Shown here: in pieces, positions 51,279 through 61,305 of the stretch
Layout of the letters: each line of letters starts with the position of its first letter
How positions within the stretch are numbered: the first letter of the stretch is position 1
Assembly: GCA_963932905.1 (NCBI GenBank)
Contig: CAWVRN010000004.1
Span: forward strand, 1-64,000
DNA length: 64,000 nt
Source: an uncultured Bdellovibrio sp.
GTDB lineage: Bacteria; Bdellovibrionota; Bdellovibrionia; Bdellovibrionales; Bdellovibrionaceae
Reading direction: 5' to 3'
Made by a program: the position numbers and the translations under genes
The notes under the pieces: generated by a model
Databases searched by the model: none
The model's input: the letters and a program-made list of their open reading frames with translations, nothing else
What the model was told of the DNA's origin: nothing

Positions 51279-51455
51279 ATGTTTACACTTCAAGAAGTGT
51301 TGAATGAAATTTTTGGGACAAAAAGCCCCGAACCTGCGACAGAACCAGGTTTTATCGAAATGATTTTGCGTAGTTTTAAAACGAAAAAAATTGCAGTCAC
51401 AGATTTTCAATCAAGTGAAATAGAGGAATCAACGACGTTCAACAAATATTACTGA
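51279..51455 (+). CDS. Small hypothetical protein (58 aa, below the ORF-track cut-off)
   Basis: MFTLQEVLNEIFGTKSPEP...FNKYY; GGTG upstream and a weak hairpin plus T-run downstream. Confidence 0.4.
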   Translation: MFTLQEVLNEIFGTKSPEPATEPGFIEMILRSFKTKKIAVTDFQSSEIEESTTFNKYY

Positions 51456-51926
51456 GTTATAAAAAGGATGTGTTTGGATCACACATTTTTTAATGAAAAT
51501 TTAAAACCAAAAAATTTTTGACCCGCCTGCGATCTTTGACATCTGTAAACAGAATACTGGATGTCTAAATACCGGTTGTGGTTGAGATAGACGTCAAGTG
51601 CCATAGGCGGATCAAACCCTAAATAAAAGCTCGGACCAGAGTACGTACCATATGTTGAAAACTTACCGAGTAACGTGCCGTTGTTTTCAATGTCCGTTTA
51701 AGGGTATTACAAATACCCGGCCAAAGCTATAAAGAATCCTTAACATATAAAGATTTTTTGTTGACCAAAAACAAGGCAGCAAGACGATTTTCGCCGCCAC
51801 TTTCGTCGGTATGTAATTTATAACTGTCTAATATCATTACAGTTTTAAGATTTTATCTTGGTCTCTCTATATATAGAGCATTCATAGACGATTACCCGCA
51901 GCCAGCGGCGATGGGCATTCCCTGTT

Positions 51927-52188
51927 AGAACTGGCTCCTTAGCTTGCGGCTAAGAAGCTAAAATCTACTGGAAAGACAGTCGTTTAGTTGAAATTTAAAA
52001 GCGCTGTCTTGAAACAGTTTTTCAAAAGAAAAATTATTATCCGAATTAACTCGGAATACATTCGAATTTCGATCCCTCAAAAAAAGCGAGCGTGTTGAAT
52101 CTTTCTGGATTTTAGATAGCACGTTTTAAATTCACTTGATTTGACAATATTTTACTTGGCCTTAGCCGCAGGCTAAGGGGCCAGTTCA
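51927..52188. mobile_element. MITE/REPIN-like element, copy 2
   Basis: Same ends and same orientation as 43537-43795; about a dozen substitutions/indels by eye. Confidence 0.85.
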
Positions 52189-52190
52189 GA

Positions 52191-53072
52191 CTATTTTTGA
52201 TCGGCCTGCAGCACACTTCTCAGCCACAATGACTTTTCTGTTTGTAGCTTAGCTAAATCACCGATACGAGTCACCGGCATAACATCTAAAGTTGTGCCGA
52301 CAAGAAATACTTCGTCCGCTTGAATCAACTCTTCATATGAAAAATTTCTTTGTTGCCAAGTCATACCCAAGTTTTTTGGCAATAGTTCTGTCAAACGAAT
52401 CAGTGATGTTCCTCGCAGCGTGGAATCAAACAAAGGACTAACCATAGTATTGCCTTTGATAAAACTCAAATTTTCTGTCGAACTTTCTAAAACTTCACCA
52501 TTTTCACCAATACCGAAAGCGAAATCAAATCCGCTATCAATGGCTTCCTTTTTCATCAATACGTTCGGCAAATAGTTTAACGATTTCACTTGAGCAAAGA
52601 GACCTTTTTTCGGAGCAACCTCAGACTTTCTAATCGCGACGCCTTTTTGTACTTTGTCAGCGGGCCAATCTTTTAATTCTGTTGTGACGATATACATTTG
52701 CGAAGCTATACTTTCGTAGGGGCTAATACCAAAGCTGCCAGGGCCGCGGGTGACAAAAACTCGAATAATTCCTTGCGACGCTTTTGAAATCGACACAAGT
52801 TCAGCAATTTTATTTTTTATTTCCGAAATCGAAAGAGGTAAAGAAATCTTAATCTTGTCACAGCTTTTTTCAAGTCGTGAAAGATGAGGATCCAACAGCC
52901 AAATTTTATTTCCAATCCACTTAATGGCTTCAAACACACCATCACCGCGGTGAAACCCGTGATCATCAATTGGCACAACCATTTGCTTAGGATCAGTCGT
53001 TACTTGATTGTCGTAGGTAGAAAAGAAACTATAGAAACTGCGTTGATGATCTCTATTTGCCATATACAGCAT
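52191..53072 (-). CDS. Class IV PLP aminotransferase (IlvE/Dat/PabC family)
   Basis: DHGFHRGDGVFE, HL.RL..S, VKSLNYL.NV, ESSTEN, L.GT. Confidence 0.9.
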   Translation of the reverse strand: MLYMANRDHQRSFYSFFSTYDNQVTTDPKQMVVPIDDHGFHRGDGVFEAIKWIGNKIWLLDPHLSRLEKSCDKIKISLPLSISEIKNKIAELVSISKASQGIIRVFVTRGPGSFGISPYESIASQMYIVTTELKDWPADKVQKGVAIRKSEVAPKKGLFAQVKSLNYLPNVLMKKEAIDSGFDFAFGIGENGEVLESSTENLSFIKGNTMVSPLFDSTLRGTSLIRLTELLPKNLGMTWQQRNFSYEELIQADEVFLVGTTLDVMPVTRIGDLAKLQTEKSLWLRSVLQADQK

Positions 53073-53194
53073 TTTACTTTAACTCCAGTCGAAAGTCACT
53101 AGCCCTCGCTGCTGTTGACGAAAATATAAGACAACGCCAAAATTAACTAATCAGAAAAAAATAAAAGCCCACTGAAGGGATTTTGGAGAAGAAA

Positions 53195-54100
53195 ATGAAC
53201 TTTGTTAAAATTACGCTGCTAGGACTTTTGTCTGTAGCACTTGTTAACTGCGCCGACATGAAGAAACGAGAAGAGCAACAAAAAGCCACCTCTGCCATAG
53301 CGACTCCGGCACAAGCGACAGTAGCCGTTGTTGAACCGAAAAAAGAAGCCTCGTCAAAAGAACTAGAAGATCTAAAAGTATCTCTTAAAAAAGCAGAAGC
53401 GATCGCTAAGAAAGATGATCACACTGCGGCCCATGCGACCGAACATGCAGAACATGCTCGCAAAGCTGGCCCAGTACCGTCAGATAAAGCGCTCGGTTGG
53501 CTAAAAAATGGAAACGTACGTTACCTAAAAGGTTTCTTGCGTAGAGATGGCGCCTCTCAAAAAGATGTGGCTCGTTTGTCAACCGGACAAACCCCCCACA
53601 CGATTGTATTGTCATGCAGTGATTCACGTGTTCCACCAGAAGTGGTATTCGATCAAAAATTGGGCGAAATATTCGTAGTTAGAACAGCCGGCGAAATGGT
53701 CGATGATTCTGTGTTAGCTAGTATCGAATACGGAGTCGAGCATCTGGGTGCAAACTTAATCTTGGTGATGGGACACTCATCTTGCGGCGCTGTTAAGGCG
53801 GCGTTCACAACACCTCCCGGCACAGATACTGGCAGCCCTTATATCAATGCATTGGTTGCAGAAGTTCAACCACGCATCGAAAAACGTATGAGAAATCCCG
53901 CTTCACCGGGTTTCGTTGCTGAAGGTTGGGAGAACGCTCGCGGTGTTTCGATCAAACTGATGGAAAAATCAAAAATCATCCGCGACGCTGTTAAATCGGG
54001 ATCTCTTCGTGTTGAAACAGCTCTTTACCACTTGGATTCAGGAAAAGTAGAATGGAATGATGCTGCAGACACTAAAGAAGCAAAAAAAGACGCTAAATAA
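53195..54100 (+). CDS. Beta-class carbonic anhydrase, lipoprotein
   Basis: Lipobox LVNC; CSDSRVPPE.VFD..LGE.FVVR.AG, GHSSCGAV. Confidence 0.9.
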   Translation: MNFVKITLLGLLSVALVNCADMKKREEQQKATSAIATPAQATVAVVEPKKEASSKELEDLKVSLKKAEAIAKKDDHTAAHATEHAEHARKAGPVPSDKALGWLKNGNVRYLKGFLRRDGASQKDVARLSTGQTPHTIVLSCSDSRVPPEVVFDQKLGEIFVVRTAGEMVDDSVLASIEYGVEHLGANLILVMGHSSCGAVKAAFTTPPGTDTGSPYINALVAEVQPRIEKRMRNPASPGFVAEGWENARGVSIKLMEKSKIIRDAVKSGSLRVETALYHLDSGKVEWNDAADTKEAKKDAK

Positions 54101-54171
54101 GTGCTTTCAAAGTAGCATTTTAGTTATTTAAATTTACATACGCGATACTTTTTGTGTACTCTGTACCTGTT

Positions 54172-54200
54172 AAAGGCGCTCCATTGGCGCCTTTTTCTTT
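54172..54200 (+). terminator. Rho-independent terminator
   Basis: AAAGGCGCT-CCAT-TGGCGCCTTTTTCTTT. Confidence 0.75.
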
Positions 54201-54275
54201 TACACGTTTAACTTGTCCGCTGAGCGTGTCAGCTTAGCTGGTCCGTTTAACATTGGAACGGAAAAGAGGTATCAG

Positions 54276-56348
54276 ATGAAAACGAAAAAGATATTAGCTA
54301 CCGCCGCCCTACCCTATGCCAACGGTGAAGTTCACTTAGGCCATTTACTGGAACACTTACAAGTCGACATTTGGTGCCGCTCGCAAAGAATGAGTGGCCA
54401 TGATTGTATTTTTATTTGCGCTGACGACACGCACGGCACTCCCATCATGATTCGCGCACGTGAAGAAGGTATTACCCCCGAGCAATTAATAGCACGCGCT
54501 CACCAAGAACATGAAAAAGATTTCAAAGATTTATTAATCAACCATAGCGTTTATGCTTCAACCAACTCGCCTGAAAACAAAGAACTGTGCGAAGAATTCT
54601 ATGGCAAAATGAAAGCAAAAGGCCACATCACGACTCGTCCAGTGGAACAACAATACTGTACCCACGATAAAATGTTTCTACCCGATCGTTTCGTTAAAGG
54701 CACCTGCCCGAACTGCGGCGCTTTAGATCAATACGGGGATTCGTGTGAAGTGTGCGGTGCTACCTACAACCCAAGCGAATTAAAAAATCCACATTGTTAC
54801 CTGTGTGGCACAGAGCCGGTCAAAAAGTCGTCGGATCACTATTTCTTTAAATTAAATGATTTCAAAGATTACTTAATCGATTGGTTGCCTAAACACACGC
54901 AATCTGAAGTTGGCGCAAAAATGATGGAATGGTTCAATGAACCACTTCGCGATTGGGATATTTCGCGCGATGCCCCTTATTTTGGTTTTGCGATTCCAGG
55001 TGCCCCCGACAAATTCTTTTACGTCTGGGTGGATGCTCCGATGGGGTATGTGTCTTCAACAAAAATATACTGTAAACAAAATAACGTCTCGTTTGATGAC
55101 TATTGGAAAACCGACTCGAAAGCGGAAGTTTACCATTTCATCGGTAAAGACATTACATACTTCCACACGTTGTTCTGGCCCGCATTGTTGAAAAGCGCAG
55201 ATTTTAGAACACCGACGGCGGTTCATGCCCATGGCTTCATTACTTTAAATGGCGAACGCATGAGCAAATCACGCGGTAATTTTATCTCTATCCGCACGTA
55301 TCTAAATCACTTAGCACCAGAGTACGCTCGCTATTATCTAGCGACGAAATTAAACTCTAAGGTTGAAGACATGGATTTCAATTTGGAAGACTTCCAAGGC
55401 AAAGTGAATTCAGACCTCGTGGGTAAGATCACAAACTTAGGTTCGCGTGGTGCTTCGATGATTAACAAAAACTTCGAATCTAAATTATCGGAACCAGATG
55501 CCGCGGGCGCGCAGTTATTAAAAGAAGCGCAAATGGCCAGTGAAGTGATTGAAAAACACTATGCTGAACGCGAATTTTCAAAGGTGACGAATGAAATTCG
55601 ATTGATAACAGATAAAGCGAATAAATACTTTGACGACAATGCCCCTTGGAAACTGGTTTCAACTGATCCGGTGCTGACTCAAAAAGTATTAACGACCACG
55701 TTAAACTTGTTCCGTATGATTTCGATTTATTTGACTCCGGTACTACCATCGTTCAGCGAAAAGGTAGCGGCGCTATTTAATGAAAAACCGTACACTGAAT
55801 TTGGGTCGGCAACAAACGTGTTGAAAAATACGCAAATCCAAACGTACCAACACTTAATGACTCGTATCGATCCTAAAAACGTAGCGGCGATGATGGCCGA
55901 AGCTAAAAGCGTTGCCGAAAAATTGCAGGCATTGAAAGCCAAAGCAAAAACAGGAACGAAAGCCGCAACGACAGGAACACCGGCAAAGACAGACGCTAAA
56001 GCGGCAACCGCTGAAGGTACGGGAAAAATTACCATCGATGATTTCATGAAAGTCGATTTGCGTGTGGCTCAAATTATCGAAGCTGAAATTATACCGGAAG
56101 CCGACAAATTGTTGCGATTAAAAGTCAGTCTCGGTGAAGAAACCCGTCAGATCATTGCAGGCATTCGTTCCGCCTATAAACCTGAAGATTTAAAAGGTCG
56201 CCTAACCGTGATCGTTGCCAATCTTGAGCCGCGCAAAATGAAGTTCGGCATGTCGGAAGGTATGGTTTTAGCCGCTGGTGCCGGTGGATCTGATTTATTT
56301 ATCCTAAGCCCTGATTCCGGCGCTAAACCAGGTCAAAAGATCAAGTAG
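54276..56348 (+). CDS. metG: Methionine--tRNA ligase
   Basis: ALPYANG.VHLGH, zinc-knuckle CxxC motifs, RMSKSRG, C-terminal tRNA-binding domain; GAGG RBS before ATG 54276. Confidence 0.98.
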   Translation: MKTKKILATAALPYANGEVHLGHLLEHLQVDIWCRSQRMSGHDCIFICADDTHGTPIMIRAREEGITPEQLIARAHQEHEKDFKDLLINHSVYASTNSPENKELCEEFYGKMKAKGHITTRPVEQQYCTHDKMFLPDRFVKGTCPNCGALDQYGDSCEVCGATYNPSELKNPHCYLCGTEPVKKSSDHYFFKLNDFKDYLIDWLPKHTQSEVGAKMMEWFNEPLRDWDISRDAPYFGFAIPGAPDKFFYVWVDAPMGYVSSTKIYCKQNNVSFDDYWKTDSKAEVYHFIGKDITYFHTLFWPALLKSADFRTPTAVHAHGFITLNGERMSKSRGNFISIRTYLNHLAPEYARYYLATKLNSKVEDMDFNLEDFQGKVNSDLVGKITNLGSRGASMINKNFESKLSEPDAAGAQLLKEAQMASEVIEKHYAEREFSKVTNEIRLITDKANKYFDDNAPWKLVSTDPVLTQKVLTTTLNLFRMISIYLTPVLPSFSEKVAALFNEKPYTEFGSATNVLKNTQIQTYQHLMTRIDPKNVAAMMAEAKSVAEKLQALKAKAKTGTKAATTGTPAKTDAKAATAEGTGKITIDDFMKVDLRVAQIIEAEIIPEADKLLRLKVSLGEETRQIIAGIRSAYKPEDLKGRLTVIVANLEPRKMKFGMSEGMVLAAGAGGSDLFILSPDSGAKPGQKIK

Positions 56349-56357
56349 ACAAGCGAT

Positions 56358-57146
56358 ATGAGCCATAAAGCAGAACGTGCTGTAAAATTTATCCATGAGC
56401 TTTTCTTAGAGATTGAGAAAAGCCATCCTGAAACCGGATTTAATACGCCTCTTTTTGATCAACTGATCGAGGCTCTGTATGTTTACCGCGATCATAAAGA
56501 CGTCGAGCTTTTTAAAATCTATTCGATCAGTCAGCATTTAAAAAAAGATATGACTCTACGGGATTTTCTATATTGGATAGTCCCGGTGGAACGCTACTTA
56601 AATAAAAATCTTAAGGACGAAGATTTTATCATCTACAACAAAGATGATAAATCGATGGAAAAAAAGAAAAATACGATTCCGCTCACAATTATTTTAGATA
56701 ATATCCGCAGCAGTTTTAACGTGGGATCTGTATTTAGAACCAGTGAAGCATTCAACGTTGAGAAAATTTTTCTAGCCGGCTATTCACCCGATCCTTCCAA
56801 TCCAAAAACTCAAAAAACAACACTGGGTAGTCACGAATATGTTGCTTGGGAAAACCATGCGAAGTGCTTGGATTTGATTACCGATTTAAAAGTGCAAGGC
56901 TACTGGGTGATCGCTGCAGAAACGACCAACCATGCTATTTCTTTAGAGAAGCCATTTAAGTTCGATAAAAGAACAGCGTTTGTTTTTGGTAACGAACGTT
57001 TCGGTATGGATCCTCAAGTGATTGAAGCGTGCCATGAAACACGTAAAGTACCTCTTGGAGGGATTAAAAATTCTTTGAACATTGCCAACGCCGCTAGCAT
57101 CTGTATCTACGAATTTGCAAAGCAGTATCATGCATGGAAAGTTTAA
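56358..57146 (+). CDS. TrmH/SpoU-family RNA methyltransferase
   Basis: LDNIRS.FNVGS.FRT, FGNE.FG, KNSLN. Confidence 0.9.
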   Translation: MSHKAERAVKFIHELFLEIEKSHPETGFNTPLFDQLIEALYVYRDHKDVELFKIYSISQHLKKDMTLRDFLYWIVPVERYLNKNLKDEDFIIYNKDDKSMEKKKNTIPLTIILDNIRSSFNVGSVFRTSEAFNVEKIFLAGYSPDPSNPKTQKTTLGSHEYVAWENHAKCLDLITDLKVQGYWVIAAETTNHAISLEKPFKFDKRTAFVFGNERFGMDPQVIEACHETRKVPLGGIKNSLNIANAASICIYEFAKQYHAWKV

Positions 57147-57916
57147 ACTTTAAACCCATTGGTTATTTCCGCAATTCGATGGACAACCCTAATGAGGCTC
57201 CACGTCAGCCCAATCCAGATTTAATTGAAACAGCGGGATACATTGAACTCTCTTCAGGTCAGCACTTCGAAGATGCACTTCGTGATCTGGATGGCTTCAC
57301 AAAAATCTGGGTTATTTTTCAATTCCACAAAAATGATCACTGGAATCCGTTGGTGCAACCTCCCCGAGGCAGCGATAAAAAACGCGGCGTGTTTGCAACA
57401 CGTTCACCTCATCGCCCCAACCCGATCGGCATGAGTGTCCTAGATTTAATCTCAATTGATGGATTAAAAATTACTACGGGTCCAACTGATTTACTCAACG
57501 GCACTCCGATACTGGATATCAAACCGTACCTACCCTACGTTGATGCTCATCCTGGTGAAAAAATCGGTTGGCTAGAAGAATCGTCCGGCGAAAAATATTC
57601 GGTCTTATGGAGTTTACACGCGCAAAATCAATTAGATTTTTTGGAAAACCAAGGTTTAACTCAGTTGCGTGGTTTTGCCCTCAACCAACTTGAATACGAT
57701 CCCACAGATCCAAAGAAGAAACGACTTTATTTCGTGCAAGATAAGATATTATTGGCGTATCGAACTTGGCGCGTTCATATTAAGGTCGATAAAGCGACCA
57801 AGACAGTGGTTATACAATCTATTCAAAGTGGTTATTCCACCGACGAGCTTATGTCCCTAGATGACCCGTACAATGATAAAACTTTACATAGACTCTACAC
57901 AAAGATAACGATCTAG
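57134..57916 (+). CDS. trmO: tRNA m6t6A37 methyltransferase TrmO/TsaA
   Basis: PRQP, GVFATRSPHRPNPIG, DL.NGTPILDIKPY. Confidence 0.92.
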   Translation: MESLNFKPIGYFRNSMDNPNEAPRQPNPDLIETAGYIELSSGQHFEDALRDLDGFTKIWVIFQFHKNDHWNPLVQPPRGSDKKRGVFATRSPHRPNPIGMSVLDLISIDGLKITTGPTDLLNGTPILDIKPYLPYVDAHPGEKIGWLEESSGEKYSVLWSLHAQNQLDFLENQGLTQLRGFALNQLEYDPTDPKKKRLYFVQDKILLAYRTWRVHIKVDKATKTVVIQSIQSGYSTDELMSLDDPYNDKTLHRLYTKITI

Positions 57917-58299
57917 TTTTTCTCATCGTCCACAAAAGAAAACACTATGTTTTTTCGACTAATGTATACTTTATCCTCACTATATTTCAGTGGCGGTGGG
58001 TCTAACTTCATGCTTTTTAAGTTACTTAGATAGCATTCATCAATTTCTGGAACACCAAAACTACCGGAGACTACTTTGGATGCATGAGTCGAACCACTTT
58101 CATCGACTACAATGTCGAAAATAACTGAAGATTCTTTTTTCAAGTACTTTTCAGAACACTTTCGAGCTTCTTTAAGAGCTAAATGAACTTGTTTCGATAA
58201 ATATTGATCATATTTATAGCGTGGCCAGCTCTCACAGCCAGTGATCACAAAAACAGCCGTTAACACACTCACTAACGATAAATAGTTCTTTCCAAACAT
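57913..58299 (-). CDS. Lipoprotein with TonB-C/AgmX-PglI-like C-terminal domain
   Basis: Lipobox ITGC; C...Y, V...G....KV, .D.C....LK.M...PP pattern. Confidence 0.55.
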   Translation of the reverse strand: MFGKNYLSLVSVLTAVFVITGCESWPRYKYDQYLSKQVHLALKEARKCSEKYLKKESSVIFDIVVDESGSTHASKVVSGSFGVPEIDECYLSNLKSMKLDPPPLKYSEDKVYISRKNIVFSFVDDEKN

Positions 58300-58347
58300 A
58301 AATGATTCTCCTAGCCTGTTGGTCGACAGTAACAAGGGGATAAATAA

Positions 58348-58686
58348 ATGAAAACATTATTTGCAACATTTACCGTACTTTTCGTAACAGCATCCGGTTA
58401 CGGTATCACTTTGGATTGTTCGGCCAGCCACAATACTAAAGTAATCTACACTCAACGAATCAATATCGACACACGTTCTCGTGGTGAAGTAAAATTGCCT
58501 CAGGTAGACTACATCACTCCGAAATTAAAATCGATGGGCAACAACCAATATGAAATCGAAGTTTTCAATCCGAATGTACCTGCTCGCTACTATTCAACCG
58601 CGGTGCTAAAAACAGCCGGTGACTTTGTAAAATGGGCCAGCTGGGACAGAGACGCCATTTTTGAAATCGGTTGTGTTCAAAGATAG
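58348..58686 (+). CDS. Hypothetical secreted protein
   Basis: Signal peptide; one Cys near each end. Confidence 0.7.
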   Translation: MKTLFATFTVLFVTASGYGITLDCSASHNTKVIYTQRINIDTRSRGEVKLPQVDYITPKLKSMGNNQYEIEVFNPNVPARYYSTAVLKTAGDFVKWASWDRDAIFEIGCVQR

Positions 58687-58689
58687 AAA

Positions 58690-59967
58690 TTAGGTGGCTG
58701 CCTGAGGGTTTTGAATGTCATCATCTTTAGGCTTAATAACTCGATTTAAAAGAACGGCGCTAAAGACAACACGCAAAAATCCGCCTAACAAGAACAAGGT
58801 CACAAAGTTCTGATACGTTGGCGAAAAGTTTCGAATGAAGCTGGCCCCCAGAAATGTTCCCACAATCACCGCACACGACATCACAAAATTATAAAGTGAA
58901 ACGAACGATATTCGATTTTTAATATTTTGATTTTTAAACAACAAAAGCTGCGTCCCTACTTCGTAAAAAGCCCAAGCAAAACCGCTAAAAAACTGTAGCA
59001 GCAAAATAAAAATATAGTCCTTCGACAACCCCCAAAACATGGGACCTGGAGAAATCAGAAATACTCCCCAGAAGAAAATCTGATTCGGCGACATCATTTT
59101 TCCTTTAATTTCTAAAAAGATAGCCCCTAATATTTTTCCGGCGAGCAAGGCAATCAAAGCACCCATGTAGTCAGAATAATCCATCTTCACCTGCGATAAT
59201 AAAAATGGGCTTACAAAAGGCGCTGAAATATACACACAGGCATAGAACGGAAATAAACCCAAGATAAATTTACTCGCATCCGATCCTGAGGTTAGAAACT
59301 TTAAGTACTCTCTAAATGAGACCTTTTCGGTAGCCACATTATTATCCCACTCAACGACATATTCTTTCTGACTCAAAATCACGCTTGAAATCATTCGACA
59401 CACAAACGCAATCAAAAAAAGTAAAGTAAAGAATCCCGAGAAAGGGCCGATCTCAACTTTATAGTGCAGTGATAAACCACCGCCCACAAGACCTATAAAA
59501 ACACCCAATTGAGCCACCCGTGAACGCAAAGAAAAATATTGATTCTTGATATCATCTGGCACCAAATGATTCATCCAATGCGTCCAATAAGGATTGATTG
59601 AAAAACCACTCGTCCAATACAAAGTAAATATCAAAATCAGAATCCAAAAATTTGGTTTATGGTGAGTTTCAAAATAGATTAACGGTAAAAACACCATCGC
59701 CTGCAAAGCGGCCGATAGAACCATCCAACGTTTTGGTTTCCTGGTTTTCTGAATAATGGTAGGAGTGAACAATTGCAAGAACGCACCCGTAATTAATGGC
59801 AAACTAGTCAGTACGCCCGCGGCGACATCACTGTAACCTAACGCCAGTGCGTACGCCGGCAAATAAGACTCACCGGCACCCACCATGATCGAATATAGAA
59901 GTGCATCTATCAAACTGAGCTTCAGTGATTTACCAAACTTCTGATCTTTGTAAAAATCGTTTCCCAT
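58690..59967 (-). CDS. MFS transporter
   Basis: About 12 hydrophobic helices; W..WM..LVP......YFS.R loop. Confidence 0.85.
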   Translation of the reverse strand: MGNDFYKDQKFGKSLKLSLIDALLYSIMVGAGESYLPAYALALGYSDVAAGVLTSLPLITGAFLQLFTPTIIQKTRKPKRWMVLSAALQAMVFLPLIYFETHHKPNFWILILIFTLYWTSGFSINPYWTHWMNHLVPDDIKNQYFSLRSRVAQLGVFIGLVGGGLSLHYKVEIGPFSGFFTLLFLIAFVCRMISSVILSQKEYVVEWDNNVATEKVSFREYLKFLTSGSDASKFILGLFPFYACVYISAPFVSPFLLSQVKMDYSDYMGALIALLAGKILGAIFLEIKGKMMSPNQIFFWGVFLISPGPMFWGLSKDYIFILLLQFFSGFAWAFYEVGTQLLLFKNQNIKNRISFVSLYNFVMSCAVIVGTFLGASFIRNFSPTYQNFVTLFLLGGFLRVVFSAVLLNRVIKPKDDDIQNPQAAT

Positions 59968-60018
59968 GGGTCTTTTATGAAGAGGATTGCAATAAGGCTC
60001 TTATATTTAAAGTATAAA

Positions 60019-60648
60019 TTAAAAACCGAAAAGAGGTAATAGTTTGTCGTAATACTTATCAATACCAATGATAACACCAGCCCCAAGGCTGGCAAAGAAA
60101 ACGATAGCAAATAGAAACGAAAAGAAACTCAAACAAATAATCACTCCATCTTCCTCCAGTTGGCCGATGGTATTTAGGACAATCGGTACAGTCGGGATCG
60201 TATTTGAAAATGGAATTGGCAACGGCAAGGCTAGCAAAATAGCCGAGATCGCCACAAGAAAAAAATTTATCACTCGAAATGTATGAGAATCATGAAGCCT
60301 AGGCCAGCGAGGTTCTATAACTTTTTCAAAAAAACCCCATATCTTTTGTATCAATTCGATAGTTTTAGTCAATATAGGCTTAGGAACAACTAAATGAGAA
60401 AATCGCTTTGGCAACCAAGGCGGTTTCTCACGCATGAAATAGAAAGCGACGATTATAATTAACGCCCCCAGCGGCGTCGATAACCCGACCAAAGGTACTG
60501 GTTGTAGAAAAGGCACACTGAAAAATAGTATAAGGATCAGATGACCTTTCTCACCCAACATCAGAAATATATCATTGATCGTCACGTCCGATGCGTCGGC
60601 AGATGCGCTGACTTTTTCCAGTGCTTCGATAAAATGACTTTTAGGCAA
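60019..60648 (-). CDS. exoD: ExoD-family membrane protein
   Basis: P.P..GLSTPLG, PWLP, LPLPIPFSNTIP, EEDG. Confidence 0.85.
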   Translation of the reverse strand: MPKSHFIEALEKVSASADASDVTINDIFLMLGEKGHLILILFFSVPFLQPVPLVGLSTPLGALIIIVAFYFMREKPPWLPKRFSHLVVPKPILTKTIELIQKIWGFFEKVIEPRWPRLHDSHTFRVINFFLVAISAILLALPLPIPFSNTIPTVPIVLNTIGQLEEDGVIICLSFFSFLFAIVFFASLGAGVIIGIDKYYDKLLPLFGF

Positions 60649-60777
60649 ACGCTTTACCTTTACGACGTAAAAATTTTAGATTTAGATCCACTTATGTAAC
60701 TTTAAATGAACTCATAGGGATTGGAAGATATTTTTTAGCGACATTCTTTTAGTCATGCTATTCGGCACAAAATATTA

Positions 60778-61305
60778 TCATAGCGCACTAATAATTTCAG
60801 AGGTAGTGAAACCACGGCGCAAACCATCCACGAGTCTTTCTCTGACTTGGCGATAGAGTTCAGCCTCTGGTTTATCCGCATTTTTGTTTAGGACATTCGC
60901 CAATGCTTGTACATTATTTAGTGTGATTTCTGAAGATCCAGATGATTTTAATAGTCGACGAGAAACTACTAGCCGAGTCGGTGTATAATTCGAGTAAAAC
61001 TGAGAGCGCGGAGAATTTACACCTTTGGTGCTAATTTGAGTATATGTCATCCCCCCGGGTCTCATTATAGCCATTAACATAATCATTTCGACATCACTAA
61101 ACTCAGGGAAAAGCTTGCTTAAATACGGATAATAACTCTCAACTGAAAAAGTAATATTATCTGTCGCCTGTTTTTTAATAATATCAAGAACAGTAACAGC
61201 TCGATCATTAAGGTAGAATTGCTTACACAAAGCACTTTCAACCACACCGGCCGGACTTATAGACTGCATTAACAAAACAAATAAAAATAAAATTTTAGTC
61301 TTCAT
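60778..61305 (-). CDS. Hypothetical secreted protein
   Basis: Signal peptide from ATG 61305 followed by LCKQFY. Confidence 0.7.
   Translation of the reverse strand: MKTKILFLFVLLMQSISPAGVVESALCKQFYLNDRAVTVLDIIKKQATDNITFSVESYYPYLSKLFPEFSDVEMIMLMAIMRPGGMTYTQISTKGVNSPRSQFYSNYTPTRLVVSRRLLKSSGSSEITLNNVQALANVLNKNADKPEAELYRQVRERLVDGLRRGFTTSEIISAL

Noticed and set aside
43537..52188. CRISPR array or integron attC interpretation of the repeats
   Set aside because: Only two long copies, no spacers, no cas or integrase gene, no RYYYAAC/GTTRRRY boxes
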